Below are positions 35,301 to 47,688 of a DNA stretch of 64,000 bases, piece after piece. A program made the translations under genes and the position numbers. The DNA lies in contig OZ241826.1 in the NCBI GenBank assembly GCA_965202585.1, positions 71,734,001 to 71,798,000 of the forward strand, in the 5' to 3' direction. Each line of letters starts with the position of its first letter. The first letter of the stretch is position 1. The stretch is from Thalia democratica (lineage: Eukaryota). Under the pieces are notes generated by a model. The model saw nothing but the letters and a program-made list of their open reading frames with translations. It was not told the origin of the DNA and ran no database searches.

Positions 35301-38300
35301 TCCAGACCGACCGCTTTACCACTTCGAGCTCAAGCTCCTCCAGTTCTTCATCTTCTTCTTCGAGCGACGACGTCGGTCCTCGCGTGCTGACCGCAAGCCC
35401 GCTCAACTTCGTCCCATCGCCGGAAGATGGCGCCGTCAGCCCGTACTCGATCGCTACCATGACGGAAACGGTGCAGGTCAAGGCGGTGAAGACGAGAAAG
35501 GTGAAGAGGAAGAACAAGAAGCTGCAGACGAACTTGGTGACGGAGTCGGACTCTTCGTCGAGCAGCTCTTCGACGTCTTCCAGCGAGTACAGCATCGACG
35601 CCAAGACGCCGAAGCGCAAAAAGAAACAAGTAAAAAGGTTCGGTTTGATTTTTGGAAATAAGTAAAACAAGATATTATAGAGTTCAGCTCAAATTAAGTG
35701 ATAATAAAATAATTAGTCCTAAGACAATTAAGAAAATTAAAAATGAAATAAAGAAAAAAACAGTAAAAATGTTTCTTTTCCGTCAGGTTCATGTCTCCCG
35801 CCCCCGCAACGACAAGCGAAAGCGAGCGAGCCACTTCTCCGACGACCTACTCGACAAAGTACTTCTACAACGTTAACAAGGAGCAACGTCACCGAACGAC
35901 AGCGCACATCGACGTGAAGAGCGTCGTCACCGAAGAGCAAGGTTTGTTTTGAAACTACTTGTGTTATTAGTCTGATTTTTTTAAGTATTAATTTAACAAT
36001 TAAAAGTATTTACAAATATAAAAACCCTTGCTCTGGTTTTGTTATAGGTGTTTTAGTAGAAAAAACACTTCTTCATATTACATGGTCTAAATATAATAAA
36101 GTTATAATTAAGCTTAAATAAAATGATTGAAAACATTGAAATTTAGTAAAATTGCATTATAATATGTAAATAATAAAAACTTGTAGAACCAAAGGTCATA
36201 ACAGTAGCATCGCCACCAAGAGTCACTTCTCCGTTATCGTCTGACGCCGAAATACAAGCCATTCAGCTCGCCGTGAGTTTAAACACTTTTGCAATAAAAT
36301 CATACCAGGCAGCTTTTTAAACTCTTCTTTGCAGGATGAAGGCACGCAGACAATCAGCTTCAAAGATTCGTCAGTCGTTCAGTCAACACCGCGACCTAAA
36401 ACAAGGTATAAAATTTTGTAACTTTAGTGATCTTTTCACAATGTTATTTTGTTCGTATTTGTTATTTAGGCGAGAGAAGTTCTTTATGTCGGGTTGGAAC
36501 AAACGGGTTTCCAGTCTCGATCTCATCAATGCCGGTATCATTGAAGAAACTACCATTGAAAAGATTGAGCTAGGTAAAATGTGATACTTACCATCAATTA
36601 TTTTCTATTATATTTTCTACCCTTATGTAGCTTTAAAAAATATAGCTTTTTATTTTAATATGTAATAACTAAATCAAGTACAAGTAAAATTATAATAATG
36701 TTTTAAGTACTTTATAAAGATAATAGTTTCTATGTTGTACTTTGAAAGTAAAAACTATTTACATACCTTCATTTACCTTTTAGAACCGCATAAAAATATA
36801 TCTTTATTGTGAATACTACAAACAAGAACTTTGTTTAAGTGACGTTTTTTATCTTTATAAATACTCTAAAAAAAAAATTTCTTACTTATGATTTTTTAAC
36901 GTTTATAAACTTACACTGAATAAAATAAGCTTAACATATCCTCAAAAATCTTTAAAGTACAAGACTAAGTATTAGTAAACTTGTTTTTTGTTATGAACTA
37001 AGTTTTTTATCTTACTTTCAAAACTATCTTTGAACTAATATATTTGTAACATGTACTTACTCAACATAAAAATTCAGGTGAGATTCTTGAAGAAGAGGTA
37101 GAAAGATCAATTCATCAATATTTAGTTGGTGAAGAAGCAATTGCTGGTGTTATCAATGAAAATAGTGAAAAATTGACGCTTCAAGATGCTTACAAAAAAC
37201 GATTATTGAAGAGAAGTTTGTAAATTTATATGTATGAAATGTTGAAAATTTTAGTAAGTGTTTTGTAGGACGACAGTTTAAATGAGTTTAATTAGATATA
37301 TAATATTTGAGTTCACATTACATGTCTGACAACTTATGTCAAAGTTTAATAACTTAAAAGACTGCTACACTTAAATACTTTTCAATAAAAGTATTACTAA
37401 TAATTTTTTGTTCTTTTAATAATCATAGGAACAAACTTTTAATTTTTCTTTAATATCTGATAACAATAAAACACTTATATTAAATTACATTTTTTAATTT
37501 TTTTCAGCAAACACTGATAGCATATAAAAAAAGCTATAAATAATAAAAACTAAAGTAACTACAATACACTCAGATTTCATAAAATACTCTTAACCTGTTA
37601 CTGTATACAAAGTTAAATTGATAGAACAAAATTTTTAATAAAATAATGAATAAATGAACCATAATTAGTTTTCTTGCTTGGAAAATTTATTGAGCCAATT
37701 TATCTATAAAGGTATTTACGATCAACTTATGTCACGTTTAGTATTTAATTAATGATGTTTACTTCAACCAACATTAAAAGATCTTAAACTCTTAATAATA
37801 GTTATTTACGTATAATATTTATACACAACAAACAAATATTATTTTATTTCAGAATAACAATACAGCAAATGTTTTCCGTATAAGGTTGAACAAAACAATA
37901 ATTTAAAAGTATATTTATATATTTTTTCAAAGTGATATAAACATAATAAAAAATTCTGAATACTAATATTTCTAAAATAATTCAGCGAAGTTGTTACGGT
38001 CATAAATTAAAAGTTTGTTTTAGTTTGTTTAAGTAAAGCACATTTACTTTTGGCGTGATTTATTAGTTTTCGCAAGAGTTTAGTTAATAGGATAAAAATT
38101 AAGATAAGCAAATTAATTCATCAAAATATTAGTGTTTTATAAGTAAAAATTCTGTAACTATACAGGTACTGTTGTGAGCCTATTAGAGGCCCAAGCAGCT
38201 ACTGGAAGAATAATAAATCCATTGGATGGAGAAAAGATGTCTGTTGATGAGGCTAGAATCAAGGGTTTAATTGATCGACAATTTGAAGTTGTTCTTAGAA

Positions 38301-41300
38301 GGTAAGTACTTCATATAAATATATTTTTTGAATTATTTATAATTACAAAGCATAAAAACTTAACAGTGATTTATGTTGCTAGTCTTCTACTTTAAATAAA
38401 ATCTCTATATTGTAAAACTTACTTTGATAAGTATTATTGTTTTAAATAACTAATACTATCTGTTGGTGGATATACTAATGCATATATTTTATTTGAACAG
38501 GTTTACTATTTAATTTCACGTATATTTTAGTTATTATACCAATTTCATTGAAGGAAAGGTAAGAAGTCAGAAGTTTGAACTTGATTAAAATTTTAAGTAG
38601 AAGTAGTTCTTTTACGTTTTAGTAACTAAAATTTTCAAACGCTTCTTCTCTGACAATTAACTTGTAATTCAATCGACTTTGTTTAATTTTGCAAGTTTTA
38701 GTATATGATGTTCAATCGTTTTGATTTACAGGTAGAAACCTTTACTACTTTGATTAAATTTATGTTGTTAAATAAAAATAGAAGTTACTAAGTTTTCTAG
38801 TTAGTTTTTTACTTATTTTTTTTCTAAACCTAGTTGATGGTAGTACATTAATTTAAATGTTATTTGCTTATAGCACTTTGAAAAAATTGTAAATTTTAAG
38901 AGTTCATAAACCAGTTTGTGATTAATCTGTTTTAGTAACTTACCTATAATTTAACATATCTCTAAATATTTTAATCAATTAACATCAGAGCTGAGAGAGC
39001 AGTGACAGGTTTCGGGCGAAACACGAGCGATACGAAGATGATGTCGTTGTTCGAAGCGATGAACCGTAACATTGTTGTAGAGCAGCACGGAATCAGAATG
39101 TTGGAAGCACAAATTGCTACCGGAGGTACTTTGACTTTTTGATTAGTTCTTATACTTGGTTATTGTAGATTTTTGTTTTATTTTCGCTAGTATATGATTT
39201 TAATTTTAAAGTTATGTATTATTAGTGTATTAAGTTCCATATTATACCACAGGTCTTCATTTTATAAGTATAAACATTGTTTCCAACCTAGAATTTTTTT
39301 TAACTTTATTTAACTTGACTAATAGCTATCTTGAATTGACAGGAATAATCGATCCGAATGCCAACCATCGCTTGCCAGTGGAAGCTGCATTCAAGAGAGG
39401 ACTTTTTGACAACAGGCTCCACAGAATATTAGAAGACCCGAGCGATGACACCAAAGGCTTCATTGATCCGAACACAAACGAAAATTTGTCCTACCTCGAA
39501 CTAATGGGAAGGTTTTATATATTTTTAGCAAATTATTTACATATTTAACACATGCTTTTTTCTATAACTTCTGTATAACCTTTGAATTAAAAAGAACTCA
39601 CTAAATAAAAAAAACACATTTAATTTTTTTCAGATGTATAATCGATAAAGACTACGGTCTTCGACTGCTTCCGTTGTACAACCTTCAGTCAACGAGTAAA
39701 AGTTCAACTTCAACCACAACAACCACTATAATTACAGAAGAAATTACTGAATCAAAAACTAGAAAGTCTTCTTCAAAGTTTGTTCTTTTGTTTCCTAATT
39801 GAAGTTTTTTTTGTCCTATTCATTGTTTTACCTACAAGGCTTTGCCTTTTGTTTACCTTATTAACTTACTTGTTTTTATGTATGTAAAGTAAGGTGTTTC
39901 ATTAAAACTAGTTGCCAAACGTTTCAATAAAAAATAATCTTAAAATCATTAATAATTTCATCATTCTACTTTCTAACTACCACTTGTTGGTTAAATAGCC
40001 AACTTATTATCAAGAAAATTAGTATGATTGTTAAAAAGCTAGTGATAATTACTTAATGCATAAACTTATTGAACATAACAAAATTAAAAAAGGAAATCTA
40101 GAAGAGATATGTTCTTCACATCTGGTTGGCAGAGAAAGGTTTCAATTCAGGACCTGATGGATGCCGGTATCGTTACTGAAGAAACAGCTGTTAAAATGGA
40201 AGAAGGTTCTTGAGTTATTTTGTATTATACGACAACTTTAATACATCAATAATGACTTTATTAAATAAGCTTATGATAAATGTTTATAAAAAACTGATCT
40301 TTAAATGCTATGATCACCAAATATAGATTAAGTAGTACATCTTTGAAATAAAATACATTTTTACAAACTGCAACAACCGCTCGTTTCTTTGTTTTAAGAA
40401 TAAAGCAAACATATGTTAAAGTTAATAAGAAATAATTTATGAGATAAAATTTTAAATTCTAAGTAGAATAGTACATACATTGAATTTTTAAATAATTTTT
40501 TTTTAATTCAAACATTTTTAAAAAGCATTGTTTTTAATTAAATAAAAAAAAAAATTCAATCATATAATTAATATTAAAAACAAAAATTAAGTACAACACA
40601 ATTAATTTTAGTAATTTAATGTAAAAAAAATAAAAAGTATAAAATTTATAAAAACTATACATGTATATTTACATTACTATTTTTTAACTAGGGGCAATTA
40701 GTGAGGAAGAAGTAGAAAACCAGGTTAAATTGTATTTGGTTGGTGAAGAACCAATAGCCGGGTTACTAATGGTTGAAAGTGGTGAAAAGTTGTCCATTTA
40801 CCAAGCTTGGAAGCGTGGATATATAAGAAGAGGTAGTTTTACATTAAAATACTAATTTTTAGAATCAACATTTATTTTACTTAGTAATGGTATATCTTCA
40901 AGCAACTGAACCTAATTTTTTTACAAGCTTTTAATTTTGTTTTATTTAGGAACATCAATTAATTTGTTGGAAGCTCAAGCTGCTACGGGAAGAATCATCA
41001 ACCCAGTGACGGGGGAAAAGCTTTCGGTTAAAGAAGCAGCTAGCAAGAAATTAATTGACAGACAGTTTGAAACGTCACTGTCTAGGTTAAGATTTTTATT
41101 TCTGCTAAAATCAATTTATCAAAAAGTTTTAAAGATTAAAAACGTATAACAAATCCAAGGTTAATTTTGATTATCACAAACTGAAATGTTTTTGGTTAAG
41201 TAAGTTTAGTTTCAACAAAGACTGTTTCGTAAAACTTACTTATCCTCGATTTATATAAACTTCAAAACAACTACATTGCGGTTTGAGGTTTCCTACAATC

Positions 41301-44300
41301 TTTTTTCTAATTAAGCGACATGTAATATAAATTAAACTTCTTAACAGAGCCGAGCGCGCAGTGACCGGCTACAAAACGCGAACGCTTCCAAAACCCATTT
41401 CGCTGTTCGAAGCGATGAAGCGAGAGCTGGTAGTCGAAAGCCACGGAATTCGTTTGCTGGAAGCGCAGATAGCAACTGGAGGTATGTTGCGGTTGAATTC
41501 CGTTTGTTACACGCAACTTGGTGTAAATTTAAAACCCTGGAGCTTAGAGCAAAATACTTAGTTTTAGAATAATTTGACGTCTTTAAAAACTGTGTATTAA
41601 TTTTAACGTTAAACTTTGATGCTTGTAAACGTTTTTCCCCTTTTTAAAACTATCAAATAATCGTCACTTTTTTAATACCCTTTTGAACAATATTTATTAA
41701 ACATATCTATAAACTTATTTAAGACAAATGTTTAATACAAAATAAGTATAAGTTTTTTGAAAGTTCCATTTTCTAAGAAAAAAAATAACTTAAACGTAAT
41801 AGATTAAAAAAAGTACTTGTGTATATAAAAAAAATGTCTAGGAATAATCGATCCTAATGCAAACCATCGTTTGCCCGTGGAAGCAGCTTATAAAAGAAAC
41901 TTGTTCGACAAACGTCTCCATGCGATCTTGGAAGATCCCACAGATGATACCCGAGGCTTCTTCGATCCCAACACCGAAGAAAACCTTACTTATCTTGAGT
42001 TAATGGAAAGGTTTAATAAAGAAAAACATAAATTTAATGTTTACATGCTTAAGCTTGTTTTGTACTATATTTTCAAGTCAAAAATACCAAATTTTTTTTA
42101 AGTATAAAAATTAAAAATGTTGTAATAAAACTTTTATTTTCAAAAGTAAACTGTTGTGTTTTTTTTCAATTTCTTATTTTTAAGAATTTTGCCAATAGCT
42201 TTAAATAAAACAGATGTGTTACTGATCAGGACACGGGTCTTCGTCTTCTTCCTTTCATGCAGATGCCGGTGAAGCACGCGTCTAAAGTATCATCAAAGGT
42301 ATGTTGAAAGTTTCCAATAACTATTATTTAAAGAAAAATATAATTAAAAAATATAAGTAAGTAAACATGTAGGTATGTAGAAATCATATCTCAAAGTTAT
42401 GCTAAATCTAAAACTACACTTGAGAAGAATTTTATAATATAAATTTAAAAAAAACTTTAATTTAAAGATGCTGTTCGAGTCTGAGAACAAAGCGGAGGTG
42501 TACATGAAAGACATCATTGCCGCGGAGCTCGTTGACAAAACGACAGCGGAAAACTTCGAGAAGGGAACGATGACCAAGGAGGAGGTGAAGAGAATAGTGG
42601 CGGAACTGAGGGTGTTCGTCGACGGAACAATGCCCATTGCTGGAATCATAAATGCAATGACTGGTACTTTTTCATGCATAAAAATCACTACTTTTAATTT
42701 TTGAATTACTTTTTGACGGGTGCTTATATTTTTACAAATACAAATCGTTAACAACTGTTTAGATTTCATGACTAACTTTTTTGATACTTAGACTGTTTTT
42801 CAAGATGTTGAATAAAAAAAACATTGAAGGTGAGAAGATGAGTATACTGGAAGCCACAAAATGCTCGTTGATCCGAAGAGGAACAGCTTTTGAGCTGTTG
42901 GAAGCGCAAGCAGCTTCGGGAAAAATCATCGACGTCCAATCAGGAAAGTCGATTTCTCTTGAAACCGCTTTCAACACCAACGTCATTGACCGGTTTGTAC
43001 AAAGCTTTATCGATTCCTTTAATATGATAATTGATATCAAAAGTAGTTAAACTTAACTTTTTGGTTTTTATATATATTTATTTATTAATAATTGAATTAT
43101 AGAGAGTACGAAGATGTGGTAAGGAGAGCATACAGAGCAGTCGTCGGGTACCGCGAACCTTTCAAGCGTCAAGTGCTTTCGTTGTGCGAAGCTATGTCGA
43201 GGCATTTAGTATTTGAAAAACATGCAATAAGGTACAATTAAAAATCAGTATACTATACTTGTTTTTAAGTAACAACTTTTAACCACATTTCTTAACTACA
43301 TATCATAATAAGAAAAACTGAGACCTAGTTTACTAACAACCAACTTTATATCAGGCTTTTGGAAGCGCAATTGGCAACTGGAGGTTTTGTTGATATAAAA
43401 TCACCGGTGAGAATAAGCGCAGACGTTGCGGCAAAGCGTGGCTTGCTTGACTCAACATTGGCTGATAAGCTGGGTAGCAAACAAACAAAGAGTTATTTCG
43501 ATCCAGTAACTGGTGAAAATCTAAACTATTCTGAACTTATGGGAAGGTTAGTTACTTACCAAACTTTTACTTACTTTGTTATGATTTAATAATTCATCAA
43601 ATTTTACAATGTTTTTATTATAAATTAATTAAGACCTAAAAGTTGTTAATGGAGTCTCAAAAGTGATATTTTACAAAGTGTTGAAAGCCTTTTAAACTTG
43701 GTAAGGCTATAAGTGTTTTCCGAAAATAAATAATTTTTTTTATTTTTTTTTAAATTTCAGTACTTTAACTGTTATAAAACATTAAAAACTAAAGTTCAAC
43801 TTATAGAACATTAAAATTTAAGGGTTGTAAAAACTAACTACAACTTTCAAATTTAAAAAGTCCTCAAAAAATATTTTTTTTGTTTATATAGTGAAATGTA
43901 CCTAAAATACAATACAAAGTATTTGTATCACAGATGCGTGCTGGATAGAGACAGCAACTTGTTGTTCCTCATGGTTGAAGGTGGAACGGTTACAGGAAAC
44001 ATAAGACCGTTCGAACCACAACCTGAGAGAAAACGAATCAGGGTAGAAGAACAGCTTGCCAACGTGAGACTGAAGGTTTGAAAGAACATTTAAACGTATT
44101 TTTACAAAAAATCATATGTACTGGTAACAAACTTAATCAATTTCACTAGTTGTAAAAACTTAAACAACGTTACGAAAAATTCATTAGGTTGTAAAAGCAA
44201 AAAGGAAAAAGAAGAGCAAACGCAAGAAGGAGAAAAGGTCCTCATCGGCGTCAGGTTTTCTGTCAATAAATAAACTCAGTAACATTTTTTTCTTTTTCTA

Positions 44301-46265
44301 AACACCTTTTTATATTTTTCAGAGTCGTCTTCCAGCAGCCGGCCGACGTCTCCTTCATTTTCGGGTGACAGCAGACCGACTTCGCCCTCGATTCTCAGCA
44401 GGAAAGTCGTCATCGTCGATCCGGTCACCGGCGAGGAGCTCTCCATTCACCAAGCCCTGGCCAAGGAGCTCATCGATCGGGGAACGGCAGACGAGCTTCT
44501 GGCTCAAGAAGGAGAGTTTACTGAGGAGTCGACTCAGAATTCACCTGTTCCTGACGTTGTTGAAGAGGAAGAAAAAAAGGTTGAAGACGCTCAAGTTGAA
44601 GTAACTCAAGTAGTTAGTGAGACAGCAACTGAAGAAGTTCCTATCATCATAAGTGAAGAGACGGAAGTAGTAGAAGAGACTCCGGATGTTGAAAAGGCAG
44701 TAGCGGTCGAAGAAACTTTGAAGCAGGTTGTAGAAGAAGTTTTAGAATCAGCTGAAACAGTTGCGGTCGTTGAAGAAGCTGCAGATGTACAATCGGCTGT
44801 TGTGATTGAAGAAGCTGCAACTGAAAAAGAAACTGTGGTTGAAACTAAGGAAGATACAGCAGTTTCTGAAGACAATAATAAAGAATCGTCTTTCGTAGAA
44901 ACTGTCAAAGAAGCTATCGAAGATTTCTTTGATTATGACAAAGGAGAAGGTGTTTCTCGAGAAAGGCGATCAAGCTCTTCAAGCTCTTCTAGTTCAAGTT
45001 CCAGCTCAGACACTTCAGAAGATTCTATAAAAGTCGAAGAAAACCAAGTTGAACTGGAAGAAATCCCAGTTACTGTAGTGGTTGAAGAAGCTGCAGTTGC
45101 TGAAGAAGCTGCAGTTGCTGAAGAAGCTGCAGTTGTTGAAGAAGCTGCAGTTGTTGAAGAAGCTGCAGTCGTTGAAGAAGCTGCAGTCGTTGAAGAAGCT
45201 GCAGTGGTAGAAGAAGCTGCAGTTGTTGAAGAAGCTGCAGTTGTTGAAGAAGCTGCAGTTGTTGAAGAAGCTGCAGTTGTTGAAGAAGCTGCAGTGGTAG
45301 AAGAAGCTGCAGTTGTTGAAGAATCTTCGACTGCTGTAGAAACTCAAGGTGTTCAGGAAGCATCTACTGCTGAGGAATTTACAGATGCTGTAGAAGATCT
45401 ATCACAAACTGCTGTTGAAGAAACTAAGATAGCTGAAGAGAAGGAAGCGTCTTCTTTTGTAGAAACTATCAAAGAAACAATCGAAGAGTTTTTCGATGGT
45501 GACAAAGAAGAAAGTATGTCTCAAGGACGAAGGTCAAGCTCTTCAAGCAGCTCTAGTGACAGTTCAGCAACTTCAGAGGAAAATCAAGCTGAGCTAGAAG
45601 AAATTCCAGTCACTGTAGTCGTTCAAGAAATTTCTACTGCTGAAGAAGTATCAGTTGGTCAAGAAGCCTCTACTGTTGAAGAAACTGATGAATTTAAAGA
45701 TGCTATAGAGGATTTATCACAGGCTTCTGTTGAAGAAAGTAAAGTAGCTGAAGAAAAGGAAGATTCTTCTTTTGTGGAAACTATCAAAGAAGCAGTCGAA
45801 GAGTTCTTTGATGACGACAACTTAGAAAGCGTGTCTCAAGGAAGAAGATCAAGCTCTTCAAGCTCAAGTGACAGTTCAGAAACTTCAGAGGAATCAGTTA
45901 AAGTAGAAGTGATTGTAGAAAAACCAGAAAATGAAGTTGAGTTGGAAGAAATTCCTGTAACAACAGAATATTCAGTTGAAGCCGAAGAAGAGCAACAAGC
46001 AGTTGTGAAAGCCGAAGGATCAAGCAGCTCAGTTCACGTGGAAACGTCAAGTTTCAGCAGCGAAGGCGCAGAGATCAGACAGACGAGCGCATCAACTTCA
46101 ACTTTGTCGACTCACCACCAAACCGTCGAGAGGTTCTCGTCGGTGGAGACGGTTGAGCACCGTTCAGTTGTCGTGACTACAACCCAAACCGTACAGGAGC
46201 AGCACTTTGAAACCAGCGAGCAAGTAGTAGTTGAAAGCAGTCAACAACCAGATACTAAAGAGTAA
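32326..46265 (+). CDS. Membrane-anchored plakin-repeat (plectin/epiplakin-like) protein, 27 exons, about 2241 aa. Exons: 32326-32437, 33494-33591, 33710-33743, 33810-33874, 33962-35637, 35787-35941, 36187-36272, 36335-36405, 36470-36573, 37078-37215, 38166-38301, 38989-39125, 39343-39511, 39634-39777, 40102-40205, 40692-40832, 40950-41085, 41348-41481, 41842-42010, 42214-42298, 42468-42663, 42830-42992, 43103-43231, 43355-43546, 43934-44075, 44188-44254, 44323-46265
   Basis: Repeated plectin-repeat signatures ([71 protein letters not shown]) and a plectin-type linker ([24 protein letters not shown]). All junctions are GT-AG, phases chain without stops, and the total of 6726 nt is divisible by 3. 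Confidence 0.88.
33962..35130 (+). repeat. Coding low-complexity repeat: (Ser)7-17 - acidic - Val-rich - Lys modules of about 27-35 aa, roughly 13 copies
   Basis: Examples: [25 protein letters not shown] and [26 protein letters not shown]. Confidence 0.9.
45084..45317 (+). repeat. Coding 18-bp minisatellite, 13 units ([12 protein letters not shown])
   Basis: GAAGAAGCTGCAGT(T/C/G)G(T/C)(T/A) repeated in frame. Confidence 0.95.
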
Positions 46266-47688
46266 AATGTTTGCTAAAATAAGGTTATTTTTGATAAGAA
46301 ACTTTCGTAAAAAGTTACAGGGTTGCTAATTCGAGAGGTACTGTAACATTGAATGCAATTTAACAACACATACAAACTTAGTACCTGTACTTGGTACTTT
46401 AAAACTAGTTCCTTAAAAAAGGTTATTTTTAAAACTTAATGCTATGCGATTTTAACTCACCTTCAAAGTTTTTGTAAATAATTCCACTAACTTTTGACAG
46501 ACTACTTTTTTTTGGTAGTCTTAAACTTTTTGTACAAAGTAAATTTCAAGCATCTATTTAAAGTTTTGCAGTTAAAAAGCTTTTTATATAAATCCGCTTT
46601 TATTTGTTAATGTGACTTTTTTTACAAAGCTTATATAAAATTAATTTGTTATTTTACTAAATACTCTGAACCAAATGATTTTTTTTTGTTTGATAAGCAG
46701 ATCTGTAACAATAAAATTTTACGTTCTTTTGAGTATATTATTAGCTTCGATTTTAAAACATTTGATATTCTTGTGTAAAGTTATGTAATTGCTTATCATT
46801 TTTATGTACAAGCGTTGTTTTTGTTTAAACGAATTTAAAACATCGTAAAGGCAGTTTAGTTACACTAATATGGTTAGACAAGTTACAAATCAAACGCTAA
46901 TACCTTATAAGAATATTTTATCATGAATAATATCAAGTCCTAACTTTTAAGTATATGTGTAAAAAATCAACTAAGTGTTTTAACTTTTAAGCTTATATAC
47001 ATGGAATTTAAAAAATGAAAACAAATTCTAAAATAAAGTTTTTAAACAAAATGGGCTATATAATATCAAATAGAAATATATCAACATTTTGATGTTAAAA
47101 AATTTAAACTCTTTTTGAGAACAAAAACCTTCTGCTTTCAATTTAATATTTATAACATGAATATTAGCTGCTACGAGGTAGTTAGCAAATTCATTTAATC
47201 TAATTCATAAATTTAAGCTAACCGCACACTTAATTTCAAAATAGTACACTGTTAACCTTTGTAAGTAGAAATTTTAAGTTTTATTTAGTTTTAATAAGGT
47301 ATGTTGATAATTAATTAAACATCTTTTTATTGCATAAAATTAAATTTCAGGAAATTTATTTAACCATTCGAAGTAATATTCTAAAATTAAAAAATAAAGT
47401 TCATCATAACTTAATTTAACAGAAGAATTTATAAAAAAATACAATTAAACTGACTTGAATTTTATATTTTTGTGTAATAACAATATTCAATAATTGATTT
47501 TTTAAATATTAAATTAAGTATATTTATATGAATTTTTTTCTCAAAAAAGACAATCAAAACTTTAAATTGAAATTAAATTAAAATTGGGTCATTTAAACAA
47601 TAAAAGATATTAAAACTTCACAGTACTCTAACAGTAAAAAAACAATAACCTAATTGGGTCGAAAAAATAAAACAAACTTTGAATACTC

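Noticed and set aside
33907-35670. Many overlapping ORFs on both strands (e.g. 34044-34412, 34321-34803, 35254-35670)
   Set aside because: They are shadow frames of the GC-rich repetitive exon; only the + frame joins the flanking exons in phase.
45084-45317. Regular short repeat resembling a CRISPR array
   Set aside because: Head-to-tail 18-mers without unique spacers, in frame within a eukaryotic exon.
44606-45363. Minus-strand ORFs with CSFFNN and LLQQ repeats
   Set aside because: Antisense readings of the EEAAVV minisatellite.
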